Assembly (NCBI GenBank): GCA_051362555.1
Contig: CM120640.1
Location: 22,926,225 to 22,990,224, forward strand
From: Lingula anatina
Lineage: Eukaryota > Animalia > Brachiopoda
Direction of reading: 5' to 3'
Length of the DNA: 64,000 nt
This document shows, in pieces, positions 39,714 to 50,291 of the stretch. The number at the start of each line of letters is the position of its first letter. The first letter of the stretch is position 1. The notes beneath the pieces are model-generated. The model had not been told where the DNA came from and did no database searches. It was given only the letters and a program-made list of their open reading frames with translations. A program made the position numbers and the translations under genes.

Positions 39714-42700
39714 ATGGCGGCAAGTCTGTACAAAGATCGGTTTCAAACTAGCGGTGACGATGGGTGGGTTACTAGTAGGAAATCTACTTCTGTGTCACGC
39801 CGCTCGAAAACGACAGAATTCCCATCAGGCCAGCGTCGAACGTATGAAGTAGAAACCAAAACTACGACTGATGGGGGATTAACTTCAACGACAACTACGG
39901 AAAAACGCTCGTCTATTGGGGATAATAAGTGGATACGTGCGCCGGCGGCTAAAATTGTCACAAGAAGCAAAACGGAGGCAATTCCTTCTATAAAATTATC
40001 ATCGGTTGATTTTGGTGCAGATACACGTAAACGTGGAGCGCAAGACGACTTAAATATGAGAGAGACAGCGACTTCGGGAGCACCAAACGTCCGACAGTCG
40101 CGTGTGCATCAAAAATTTACGAAGATGTCAGAGCAAGCTTCGGCGCCCATATCATTTGGAGCGACGTTTGATGCTAAGAAAATTGTGCGAGAGCAAAAAG
40201 AAGCTGCTGAAGTTCCCTCATCTCAGCAAATTGCCTCAGCTTCTGCTGTTCAACAGGAGCTACAGCAATTTACACAAAAACACATGCAACAAGACACGCA
40301 ACAAGGTTTCGGAGCTTCCTATGGTGCACCGGATAAGCAAAAATCCAGCATGAAGGTTACACTGACCAGTGTGAAGACAACGGATACGCCTGACCACCGC
40401 ATTCAGCAGGTGACAACAACCACGTCCACTGATGGTCAAGTGACGCAGCAGCAGAGAGTTGCCAGGTATGGCAAAAAGGTAATGCCAGACATACCACCAC
40501 CTAGCAACGCTTTAGGAGGAGTTTCCTATGGCGTTACTACGCAACAACAGGTCCGTGCACAGCCTCCGCCACCACAGGCCCAGCCACAGGTAATGTCAAC
40601 CGAGACAAGTTTACCATGGCAACAACGAACTCAACAAACCAGACAAATCACCCATGTCTCCGCCCCAGGACAGCAAGGCCAACCACCTCAGCTTCAACCA
40701 GTTACTCAACCACCAGCTCCACCAGCAGGCCAACCACCGTTGCCACCTTGGCAACAACAGCCACCACAACCAAGGATTCAACCACCCAGACAGGCCCCCG
40801 TTTCTCAGCCACAGATGACGGGCCAGCCGCCACTGCAACCTTGGCAACAGCAGCCAAAACAACAGCCATCTCAGCCAGTTGCCGGCCCCGGCAGAACTCG
40901 TGGAAAGGGCAGTGATATGGCCTGGATCAGGGCACCTTCTCCGGAGGAAACTGTATCACCAGCAACTTCCGCCTCTACAGCACAGGAAGAAGTGACAACA
41001 TCAGTCAAAGCTACAAGACAAGCGTTTGCAGCGGCGCCTCCATCCGGACCAATGTCGATGGGAGCAACCTATTCGGTTGATATGATTAAACCAAAGAAGC
41101 CACGAGAGTATAAACCACCTCAATCTCCAGTTGCTGAGCCACGCCCAGCCCCTGAACTCGCCATGACATCTACTACATCAACATCTACCACTCCAATGTC
41201 TTATCAACATCAGAGACAGGTTGAACACGAAGAGAGGTTAAAGCAACAAGAGGAGCAGGAGCATCAAATGCGTATAGAACAGTTGCGACGACTGAGAATG
41301 CAGCAACAGAAACCCCAGGCTCAGCGCCAAGAACAAGTTATTACATTGCAGCAAAAACAGCAAGTAAGTCAAGTTCAGCCCCGTCAACCACAACCACCAT
41401 CCCCACGACAAATGCCACCGTCCCCAACAGGTCAAGCTCCCATGAGTCCACCTGCCCAATTACCACCATGGCAACAGCCGGCAGGTCCACCCCCTAGAGC
41501 ACCTATGCCACCACCGCCACATATCCTTCCCCCACATATAAGGGGCCCAGTGCCACCTCAGCAGTGGCAGCAAGGTGCACCACTCCCACCTCCTCAGCAA
41601 CCCCCTGCTGCTGCGCCACCGGGAGTGCCTCGTGGTTATCGGCCTGTGAGGCCCCCTGTTCCGATACCACCTGTTGGGCCAAGTCAACCAGGTCCTGAAG
41701 TGAGGCCTGCAGGTGGTGATGCCAGGCCACCATGGATGCAAGGACAGGCAGCTCCTCCCCCACCAACAATGATGAAAGTTCAGCCGGCACCAGGACAACC
41801 TAGCATCCCTCCCCAAGGTCCCCCAGGTGCGCCTACGCCATTTAGACAGCAAGGTCCACCTCCTACTTCTCCACCGGCCCCTGTTTCACAACCAGCAATG
41901 CCCACGCAACCCAGAGGACCCCCACCACCCCAACCCTCACCACAGCCCGCTCCTACACCAGTTATCAGACATGTGCCCGCACCTGCACCACCCGCGCCAG
42001 AAGCAGCTCAGAAACCAGCAATGGTTGTACTTAAACCTGCCATGAAGGCCACACCACAGCCACAACCTCAAACACAACCCAAACCAGAGCTGAAAAAAGT
42101 TGAACCACGAGGGAAACTTGGTGCAGCAAAGAACATATTTAGCGCAAATGCAGAACAGGCTCCAGTCTTTTCTTTCGGATCATCTTATTCGGCCTCTGAC
42201 GTAAAAACTCAGAAGGCTGATAGAAGTAGATGGCAGCCAAAGACAAAACCTTTATCTAAACCACAACCAGGACAATCATACGCTCCTGAGCCTGCCTCAA
42301 CGTCGGCTGCGCCTGCGCCTGCTACCAGACCTGCTGAACAACCTACCAGTAAACCACAACCCACTCCGGAAGTTGCCCCAAAGCCAGCTCCAAAGCCAGC
42401 TCCCAAACCTGCTGCCAAGCCAGCGCCTGCATCACCCGTTATCCCACAAGTTGCACTGAAACAGAAAAAAGATGCAGGATGGATAAAACAAGCTCCTGTT
42501 ACAGAGCAAGTGACATTGAAGAAGACATCAAGGGTTGAAAGAAAACAGGAAAAAGGCGGTCTAGAAACTGTTAGTCTCAAACCCCTGTCGCAAGACGAAA
42601 AAGAATTAGGGTCAATCAAAAAAGGAGTGAGTCGTGGTCTTGCATCAAAATTCCAAACGTCAGAAGCAACCCCTATCTCTTTCGGTGCTACATTCACCCC

Positions 42701-44288
42701 AGGCAGTTCCAGAAGTACCAGTAAACAAGAATCTAAAATAGTCCGAAGACAAGAGAAGACAACCTTTGAGGGTGGCCAAATGAAGAAAGACATCAAGGTA
42801 ACAGAAACGAGCAGAACTGCATCAGACGCTGGGGTGAAAGAAACAACTAGGACAACAACGACAACAAAGGTCCAGGCGTCCCCTTCGTCGGCCGTACAAG
42901 AGAGATCTAAGACTGAAGTCCAAGTAAAGAGCTCTGCTGTTGGTTCCCGCACTCGTGATCAACCAGTTGAGATGGAGACAATCACTGTTGGTACAGTCGA
43001 TCCTATTGTTTTGGACGTAGAAGAAGCTAAGAAATCTTCATCAAAAGTTATTCTATCACCGTCGCCGAAGGTGTCGGTCGACATTGCCCATCCCCTTGAA
43101 CAAGCCACTTCGACAAGGAAAATCCTGAAGGTTACAACCCGCCATGGAGAGTTAGAGGAAGCTCCAGCAACACCGACTACACCAAGTACTCCTAAAACTC
43201 CTCAAACGCCTCCTCTGACTCCTCAACAGCAGAAGAAAAAGCTTGAGATGGAACAAAGAAGAGCGGCCCGTGCTGAAGCTAGGAGGAAAGCAGGGGGTGT
43301 CTCACAAGAAGTAAAGATGGAGACTGTCCAGGTCCAGCAGGCACCCACTATCCAAAGTAGTGGCCAGGAAGTAAAACAGGAGACCGTCCAGGTTCAAGAA
43401 TCAGTGTCTGCGCAGAAAAGCCAGGAAGTCAGACAGGAAGTAGTCAAAGTTCAGGAGGCACCTGCAGTTCAGTCACAGCAGCAAACTCAGCCACAGACGA
43501 CAAGCTCTTCCATGCAGGTGATCCAAGAACAGGTGCATATAACACCAGCGGCGGAGGTAAGCACAGGTGGTGAAGTCAAAGTCCATGGTGAAACGGTTCA
43601 GGTTCACCAGGATCAGGTAAAAGTTATGGGACAAGACACAGGGGGGTCGGCAGATTTCCAGATCCAGGTCGCTAAGGGCGGCGGGGAGGTAGCACAGTCC
43701 CAATCGGGGCAGGCTGGTTTTGAGATTAAGTTCCAAGGTGGTGACAGCAGTGGCAGCGGAGAAGGTGTGCAAGTGATGTCGACATCTGGCGGCGGGCAAA
43801 TGCACGTACACAGGGAAGTCACAACGACCGTAGATGGCAAGTCGACAACTACTGTGCAAGATAAATCGTTTGCAATTGAGCCTGGTACCATGGTAATGGA
43901 CCAAGGGGCACGAGCTATATCTGCAGATGAATTCTTCTCTGCTGGTAGATCAGCGATGGATGAATTCGCCCAAGCAGCTGCCTCAAAAGTCCAAATTCAA
44001 GAACCGAAATCAACTGTAGAACAAGTCCAAACCCGCCAGACCATGTCGACATCTGGGGACGGTCAAATGCACGTGCATAGAGAAGTAACGACGACCGTAG
44101 ATGGAAAGTCAACAACAAGTGTGCAAGACAAAACCTTCGTGATCGAGCCTGGTACTGGGGTAATGGACCAAGCAGCTGGTGAAGATGTAGAGAGCCACCA
44201 GACTATTGAAATTGAAGAAATTCCTGAAGATGAAGATAAATCCTATGAAACCAGTGAACAAAACGAAAGTTTCACGATTTCGATATAG
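39714..44288 (+). CDS. Intronless 1524-aa Pro/Gln/Thr-rich, largely disordered protein of unknown family with internal repeats (possibly muscle/cytoskeletal)
   Basis: 4575-nt uninterrupted ORF, GC-rich relative to its flanks; aatATGG start with an in-frame TGA at 39705-07; recurring motifs and a duplicated 43-aa block. I recognise no globular domain. Confidence 0.9.
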   Translation: MAASLYKDRFQTSGDDGWVTSRKSTSVSRRSKTTEFPSGQRRTYEVETKTTTDGGLTSTTTTEKRSSIGDNKWIRAPAAKIVTRSKTEAIPSIKLSSVDFGADTRKRGAQDDLNMRETATSGAPNVRQSRVHQKFTKMSEQASAPISFGATFDAKKIVREQKEAAEVPSSQQIASASAVQQELQQFTQKHMQQDTQQGFGASYGAPDKQKSSMKVTLTSVKTTDTPDHRIQQVTTTTSTDGQVTQQQRVARYGKKVMPDIPPPSNALGGVSYGVTTQQQVRAQPPPPQAQPQVMSTETSLPWQQRTQQTRQITHVSAPGQQGQPPQLQPVTQPPAPPAGQPPLPPWQQQPPQPRIQPPRQAPVSQPQMTGQPPLQPWQQQPKQQPSQPVAGPGRTRGKGSDMAWIRAPSPEETVSPATSASTAQEEVTTSVKATRQAFAAAPPSGPMSMGATYSVDMIKPKKPREYKPPQSPVAEPRPAPELAMTSTTSTSTTPMSYQHQRQVEHEERLKQQEEQEHQMRIEQLRRLRMQQQKPQAQRQEQVITLQQKQQVSQVQPRQPQPPSPRQMPPSPTGQAPMSPPAQLPPWQQPAGPPPRAPMPPPPHILPPHIRGPVPPQQWQQGAPLPPPQQPPAAAPPGVPRGYRPVRPPVPIPPVGPSQPGPEVRPAGGDARPPWMQGQAAPPPPTMMKVQPAPGQPSIPPQGPPGAPTPFRQQGPPPTSPPAPVSQPAMPTQPRGPPPPQPSPQPAPTPVIRHVPAPAPPAPEAAQKPAMVVLKPAMKATPQPQPQTQPKPELKKVEPRGKLGAAKNIFSANAEQAPVFSFGSSYSASDVKTQKADRSRWQPKTKPLSKPQPGQSYAPEPASTSAAPAPATRPAEQPTSKPQPTPEVAPKPAPKPAPKPAAKPAPASPVIPQVALKQKKDAGWIKQAPVTEQVTLKKTSRVERKQEKGGLETVSLKPLSQDEKELGSIKKGVSRGLASKFQTSEATPISFGATFTPGSSRSTSKQESKIVRRQEKTTFEGGQMKKDIKVTETSRTASDAGVKETTRTTTTTKVQASPSSAVQERSKTEVQVKSSAVGSRTRDQPVEMETITVGTVDPIVLDVEEAKKSSSKVILSPSPKVSVDIAHPLEQATSTRKILKVTTRHGELEEAPATPTTPSTPKTPQTPPLTPQQQKKKLEMEQRRAARAEARRKAGGVSQEVKMETVQVQQAPTIQSSGQEVKQETVQVQESVSAQKSQEVRQEVVKVQEAPAVQSQQQTQPQTTSSSMQVIQEQVHITPAAEVSTGGEVKVHGETVQVHQDQVKVMGQDTGGSADFQIQVAKGGGEVAQSQSGQAGFEIKFQGGDSSGSGEGVQVMSTSGGGQMHVHREVTTTVDGKSTTTVQDKSFAIEPGTMVMDQGARAISADEFFSAGRSAMDEFAQAAASKVQIQEPKSTVEQVQTRQTMSTSGDGQMHVHREVTTTVDGKSTTSVQDKTFVIEPGTGVMDQAAGEDVESHQTIEIEEIPEDEDKSYETSEQNESFTISI

Positions 44289-47200
44289 ATAAGCTCTTTC
44301 GGACTTCACCTGTTTTTTGTTTTGATTAGAAAAGCGTCTCAAATCACATTTCATACGTTTACATTTTGGTACTATATTTTGTATAAATACGATGTGAAGA
44401 AAATCAAACAGAACTGGTCTTCATGAATACTTTTTGAATTTAACCGAAACTGAAAATTTTGAAAACCAAAGATATGAAGTGCGGATCAAAATATAATTGG
44501 GCAATGGCAATGGTCTTACGTCTGCAATGTTGTTTGTTTGTCAAAATCATATTATGTACATTAATCTTCACATTTATCATTCAATGATATATTTATATGT
44601 TATAGCTTTTTATTTTTGCTCATCATATGGAACACGAGCATTTAAACACTATCCATAATCTTTTTTACTCGAATAACCGGAAATATTAAGAAAGTGAAAG
44701 GAAAATGGTGAACAAAAGTACTGCTTCTGTTATAAGAAACACTCTCATATAAGACTTTTATTCTGCCACACCAGCCAGTTAGGATTTCAAAATGAAAGGA
44801 GAATACATTGGCCAAAGTGAATGGATCTACAGCAAAAGAAAACATTGGATGGCACAGGGATTGGATATTCTTGAAAGCGACGACCAGTAAAACGTTCTTT
44901 TGTAAGTATTATTTTTTCCAATTTCTTACTATAATTGATAATATTTATTATATAATGCAGTGTAGTATACATGTACAGTGTTTTGGGTACGCTATGTTGT
45001 TTAACATACACAAATCGAGGAATGTGTATTTCCTCCACGCTCATAAATTATGGTTTTGTACCTGTAGCGCCAATCAATTTACGGGCAGAATAACCTTCTA
45101 GATTCGACCTTCCAGTAGCGAAGTGCCTCTTTCATTCTCGAAGACTAATGGTTTCATCTGATAGCACGTTGAAACTTGAGAGCACCATATGGGAAATATC
45201 CAAATGTTCCTAACTTCTCTCTTATCTGCAATACCGATGTATTAATGCATCAACATATTGTTATGATCATATACATTTTTTAATATCATTTTTAATTTGT
45301 TATAAACACACTTATCTCCTCTAGGATCTGTTGTTTCATAGAGATATTCATTAACTCTACGGCAATGCTTCGTTCTTTAATCGGTTTTTCATTCAATATT
45401 ATTATAATTTTCCGTCTATATAGATATGACAGTTGGGTTGATATGGCGAGTGAAGCATAATATTTAGTAGATATGATGTTGCTGTTACTCAACCCCGATG
45501 ATGGATGACTAAAACCTTGCGTCTGCCTTCGTTTATGTACCCAAATATAGTTTCCCTTTGCAAGGCTCGCCAGCCGTATCTCTTATCACAAATCAAGAAT
45601 TTCTAGGATCTTACTCAGCAAGACTAAAACACATTAGAGCCGCAAATGTGCTTATCCTGCAGCCACGCACCTTTAGCGAATTATTATGCCTTACATATCT
45701 GTGTAGGATCGCTGACTTTAGTTAGCTATAACTTATGTGTATAAAATTGTTAAACAGCATTAGGCACTGAGTATGTTTATATGGCTTCAAAATGAACCAA
45801 ATTCATAGATTTGACTCAAATCATGGTCATTGTAAGTGGCGGGCTTCAATGTTTTGGGTTTATAAAAACTAACTTTTAGAGGTGGGGAAAATAGCCCGGG
45901 ACCTGGATTTTTATCTCCCCCCCCCCCCCCCGATCACCCACGAGAAAAATAATGGGACAACATATATAAGCCGAATATGTCAAGCAATGTACAATGTAAT
46001 GGAATTTAGGAGTACATCTGGGAGGTTTATATATCAAATGCTGTGAACAGATGAGATTTATGTGGTTCAGTATGATAGCAGTTCACCTGTAGATTTAACT
46101 GCTACACAGGTTAATTGGTTCGTTTTTTCGCATTTCAGTGCTTAGTATTCGAGAAGCCTGGCTGAGTTTCAAACTTTCATGAATGGCCATGACTGGACAT
46201 GGTAATGGTAAGTTTTAAATGTCTCTCATTTTTAGAAATTTTATGAAATAGTTTGTATTTGGTTTCTTAATATAAAAGTAATCGTCAAACAGAAGAGGCT
46301 CCGTTTAGCACAATATTGTGTTATGATGATTATTTTGTAAGTTTAAACATGACCCAAAATTTGGTCCTTGGTTGATTAATTACAAGTATAATTGCTTGCT
46401 GTACGTTTTTTTAAATTAATTTGTTTATAAATTTATTCATTCGTTTATTGCAAGTTTTCTTTTTCAACTCATTTTCCTAACGGAATACTAACTTTAATTA
46501 TAAACATCTTTCTTGTTTTACTTTACTTTGGGAATCCGTCGCCTTTTTACTTGCTTTACTTTCCCTTTGACCTTTGCTTTGATCATATAAGTGAATTCCA
46601 GACTAGAACACCTAGTTGGAATCTAAGTGCTGTGCCGAATGCGTGTGAAACCATAGATATCACATTATAATCGGTATATTTTCCTTCTGGTATTAGGAAT
46701 GGGAGTTGATTATTATCTGGAAAAACTTCGGTGCGTTTCTGGCTGTCTGGTGTACCGCCTTCTGTTGCCAAAACCGCAGGTATGCAATTGCTTGGCTTAA
46801 CTTATTACCTTCGTATATTGTGGCCATGTTTGGGAAATCATACCGGCAAACGGAGTAGCGGTGTGTCCCAGCCTTGCGAGGTCTATAGCCTATCCACTCG
46901 TGTAAAAAAAAACCTTCAAAACATGATGCAAACAAGCAGTGGTCTAGAGCAGGTGTTGTTCCCACTTTTTCTGTGCCTCTTTAGTTGATCTTATTCATTT
47001 TCGACATGTCTTAAGCGCCCGCCAAATCCAACAGTATTGCACTTTATTCGCTGAGGCTATAAAATCCAATGATGAAACGAGATGTCTGAAATTAAAAAAA
47101 AATTGCCGTGGAAAACGCATTTTGGGACAAAATTAGTAATAAAAGCTTGAATGAAGTAGGGCTTTAAAACGTAAGTAACGAAAGCGGGATCATAATCCGT

Positions 47201-48242
47201 TATTTGAAGTATCTCGAGTCGCCCTATGCTCCCCATGGTGTACATGCGTCTGCAAGCATTACCTGGATGTGCAGTAGTTTTCACAGAATATTATATTGGT
47301 TTTGAGTTGGTAAAATCTGATATCTTTGTCTAGCACTGTCTGAATGGGAAAGGGTAGCAAAGTCGTAAACTTTTCCCCTGGCGCAGTTATATTTGCTTTT
47401 CTTGTTTTTGTCTGACCTTCTCTGCAATCTATTTTTCAGCGCTAGTGTGGGTGTGACAGGATAAGCTGCCTATCGCTGTGGATTATCGCAAGGAATACTT
47501 CAGTTCGCCATACTGTTGAATCTCTAGCATCCACGACCAGGTATTTCCACCGAAAATTGCCGCTTTTGGAGGGTTACTCATTCTATCTCATCAAAAGAAC
47601 TATTTGTGAAATTCGACGGGTCTTTTACAAGACAGACTTCAGGACGATGGAAAACAATGAACAGGAGGTGCTATTGTGATCAATATAACTGCCCCGAAAT
47701 TCACCAAATATTTATTTATGTTCTTGAAAACATTTCCGCGACGATGAAATAAAAATTCCATGTATCAAACGGTCACCAGATCCAATTACCTTAACATATC
47801 TCTGTTGAGCGTTAGTTTGGTAAAGCTAATAAGGATTATGCAGTTAATGCAGCCCATAGTTTGGGTAAGAAAAATGTGCTTCAATTGTTGCCCGACTATG
47901 AAAAATATGCCTCAACTGATGCCCGATTATGCTCAAACCAAAGACTTAAGACAATAGTGAAACAGTGAAAATAAGAAAAGATATAGTTTTTGCACTGCTT
48001 ATGTTGTACGTTAATTGCGGCTAATCCAACGTGATAATAAGTTCTTTTTATAATTCTTGAGTCGTGAAGTTTGATTATACGTGTTTTATTGTTATGGCAT
48101 TGAATATTACATAATATGAATTTTATGAGATTTCAAATAATAGCTGCAGATATTTCAGTTGCTTTTTTGAATGATTGCAACTACAACTGTATTCTTGTAA
48201 TTTCATATTTTTATGTGTATAATAAAAGATGTGCTTTCCATA

Positions 48243-48368
48243 ATTACTGTTTAGAGAGAGAGAGAGAGAGAGAGCAAGATTACTGTTCAGAGAGAGAGAG
48301 AGAGAGAGAGAGAGATGGGGGGAGTGGGTTGGGTGGGGGGGGGGTGGGGGGGGGGGGGGGGGAGAGAG
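48243..48368. repeat. Compound (GA)n microsatellite and poly-G
   Basis: Two ATTACTGTT-(GA)n units followed by G-rich runs. Confidence 0.9.
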
Positions 48369-49289
48369 CACCGAAGATGTTTTTATTGTCTAAAGGTTGA
48401 AAAGTCCGGCCCATGGCGAAATTAAAAAAAATCCTTCATAGGGGCAAAGGACCCGCAACTGGCAATCAGACATATTTCTTCTTGGAATGATTTTTTTCGT
48501 CATTATCATTAGCCTACTATCATAAATGGGATGTGAAAAGAAAAGAAAATATACTTTCGACTACTATTAAAAGTGTTTTTATGACGTACTCGTGCAAATG
48601 CCAGGTGTCAACAGGCGATTTGTATGCCATTTAAGTAATTTCACGTAGGCTTTAAATACCTGTAATTGTGGGCCCCCTATTCATTTGCAATAGGCTAGAT
48701 TACGCTCTGTCACGAATAGACTAGTAATAGGCCAATATCCATTTAATTCTGAATCTAATTAATTTTACCGTAGGAATAAAAGCACCTCCATATAATGATT
48801 CCATAAAAATTTGTTTTTCATATGATTAGATAAAAAACATAATCCTGTTTGACGAGACACCAAGAACATCTGTTTTTCTGTAAGGTCGAAAATTTTACAA
48901 CAAAAAGGGAGAAAGCCTCCTCCCCTCTTTGGATTAAACTATATCAAGTCGTTGATCTTGTGCGAACACTGTTTGTTAGTTCTTCAGTTGTCCTGTGGTA
49001 TGTACTCTTGGTTGCACCATCTGTAAATAATTTGTTTATAGTTGCGAAAAAAAAAGGCTTGTCTTGGTACAAGGAAACTGGTTATGTGTTATCGACAGCA
49101 TGTTATCACACACACTGGCTCTGACAGCACGTGTTTTGACAAAAACGACTTTACAAGGTAGATTTGGCATTAGTAGCAATTTAAGAATGGTTTTTCATAA
49201 TTATATAGAATATTTGTATATAATCGAAGGTGATGAAAGGCTGTACTTTGTCTGCCAATTATCATTGTAAAACTGTATTGAGAAATGAT

Positions 49290-49439
49290 GCTTCTTTGGC
49301 GCGTTTAATCGCGGAAGTACATGTCATGTACTAGTATATCATACAATGTACATGTACATAATAAGTAACATGTACTTGTACGCGTAACGTTGAGTTATTT
49401 TTTCTACAACTGGGACTTGCAATGTGTCACAGGAAACAG
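49290..49439 (+). promoter_or_regulatory. Probable promoter and non-coding first exon of the SET-domain gene
   Basis: Local CpG cluster with an E2F-like TTTGGCGCG (49295-49303) and an ETS-like CGGAAGT (49312-18). Candidate donor CAG|GTGGGA at 49440 could pair with the acceptor at 50287. CpG depletion resumes downstream. Confidence 0.45.
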
Positions 49440-49870
49440 GTGGGATGACGAAAGAGTTTTAGCATGACTTTTTCTCACAAGTGCTAGAGACTTGAAGTTT
49501 AGTACACAGGTAGCCACATACTACAGTATATCATATCTGAGTATGAATTAAACCATCTGTTCCAGATTAAATGTTTTATCAATCCCCAGTGCAATTCCAT
49601 GTGCTGCTTGCCCTGAGCAACAGAAGTATACTCATGTATTTCTCTTGGTTTTGAGGTCATTGTTCTGGTGGCAATCTCTTCAAATACTGAAGGGTTCATT
49701 TTTACAGAATGTTGGGCATTTGTATGACTAGAATTGCTGAGTGGTGCCAGTCCTGGAAAATGTCCAATATATTCTACAAGTAACCAATATGCTTTCTCTG
49801 AGTTACACTTTCTCTCCTCTTGCACTTATTGTCCATTTTGAGGGTTTTTTAATTTCGTTGTTAATTTGGT

Positions 49871-50013
49871 TGGGGCCGTAGCAATAGTCCGAAGGTTCAA
49901 TAGTCCGAAGGTTCATTGGTCCGAATGTTCGCTATATACCCTTGATTAAAAAATCGATGAAAATGTTTCCTTTTTTCGGACCAATGAACCTTCGGACTAT
50001 CGAGACGCCCCCG
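49871..50013. mobile_element. Small non-autonomous DNA element with 15-bp subterminal repeats
   Basis: Left arm has about three copies of AATAGTCCGAAGGTTC-like units; right arm has two inverted copies (TTCGGACCAATGAACCTTCGGACTAT). Imperfect TIR ends and similar 6-bp flanks (TTTGGT/TTAGGT). Lies in the presumed 5'UTR intron of the SET gene. Confidence 0.7.
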
Positions 50014-50291
50014 TTAGGTTATGACCTGATCTGATTGTGGTTGCCAAACTACCAAGTTCTCTCATATTTCACTTGTTTTTCTATGTAGTAACTGGTCATT
50101 CTTGAATATATGTCACTTGACTCCACTTCCCACTTCTATATGCCATATTTGTTGATGGGAAGGGACTTGAAATTGTAGTTTATAGGACCCCTTTAAAATC
50201 TAGCTAGAACTTTATTTCATCCTTTTACTTCTAAGTCTCTTTTACATATTAATTGCATTTATTCCAACTGTCCTATTTTTATTACAGTACA

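Noticed and set aside
36458-39714. The 1524-aa ORF as a giant terminal exon of MAST (as in long vertebrate MAST4)
   Set aside because: MAST has its own stop at 36456-58. The ORF has a good ATG with an in-frame TGA 9 nt upstream, no adjacent acceptor and a different CpG regime. Only long reads could fully exclude a rare fusion.
39726-39743. YKDRF shared between the start of the 1524-aa protein and the MAST exon at 27602-27677
   Set aside because: Only five residues with no flanking similarity; treated as coincidence.
39743-43904. Antisense and alternative-frame ORFs over the 1524-aa gene (for example 42209-42952 on -)
   Set aside because: Shadow ORFs caused by GC-rich, repetitive codon usage.
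47440-47750. A reading frame interrupted only by TGA codons (selenoprotein idea)
   Set aside because: No recognisable selenoprotein motif or SECIS element, and several TGAs in a row are expected by chance.
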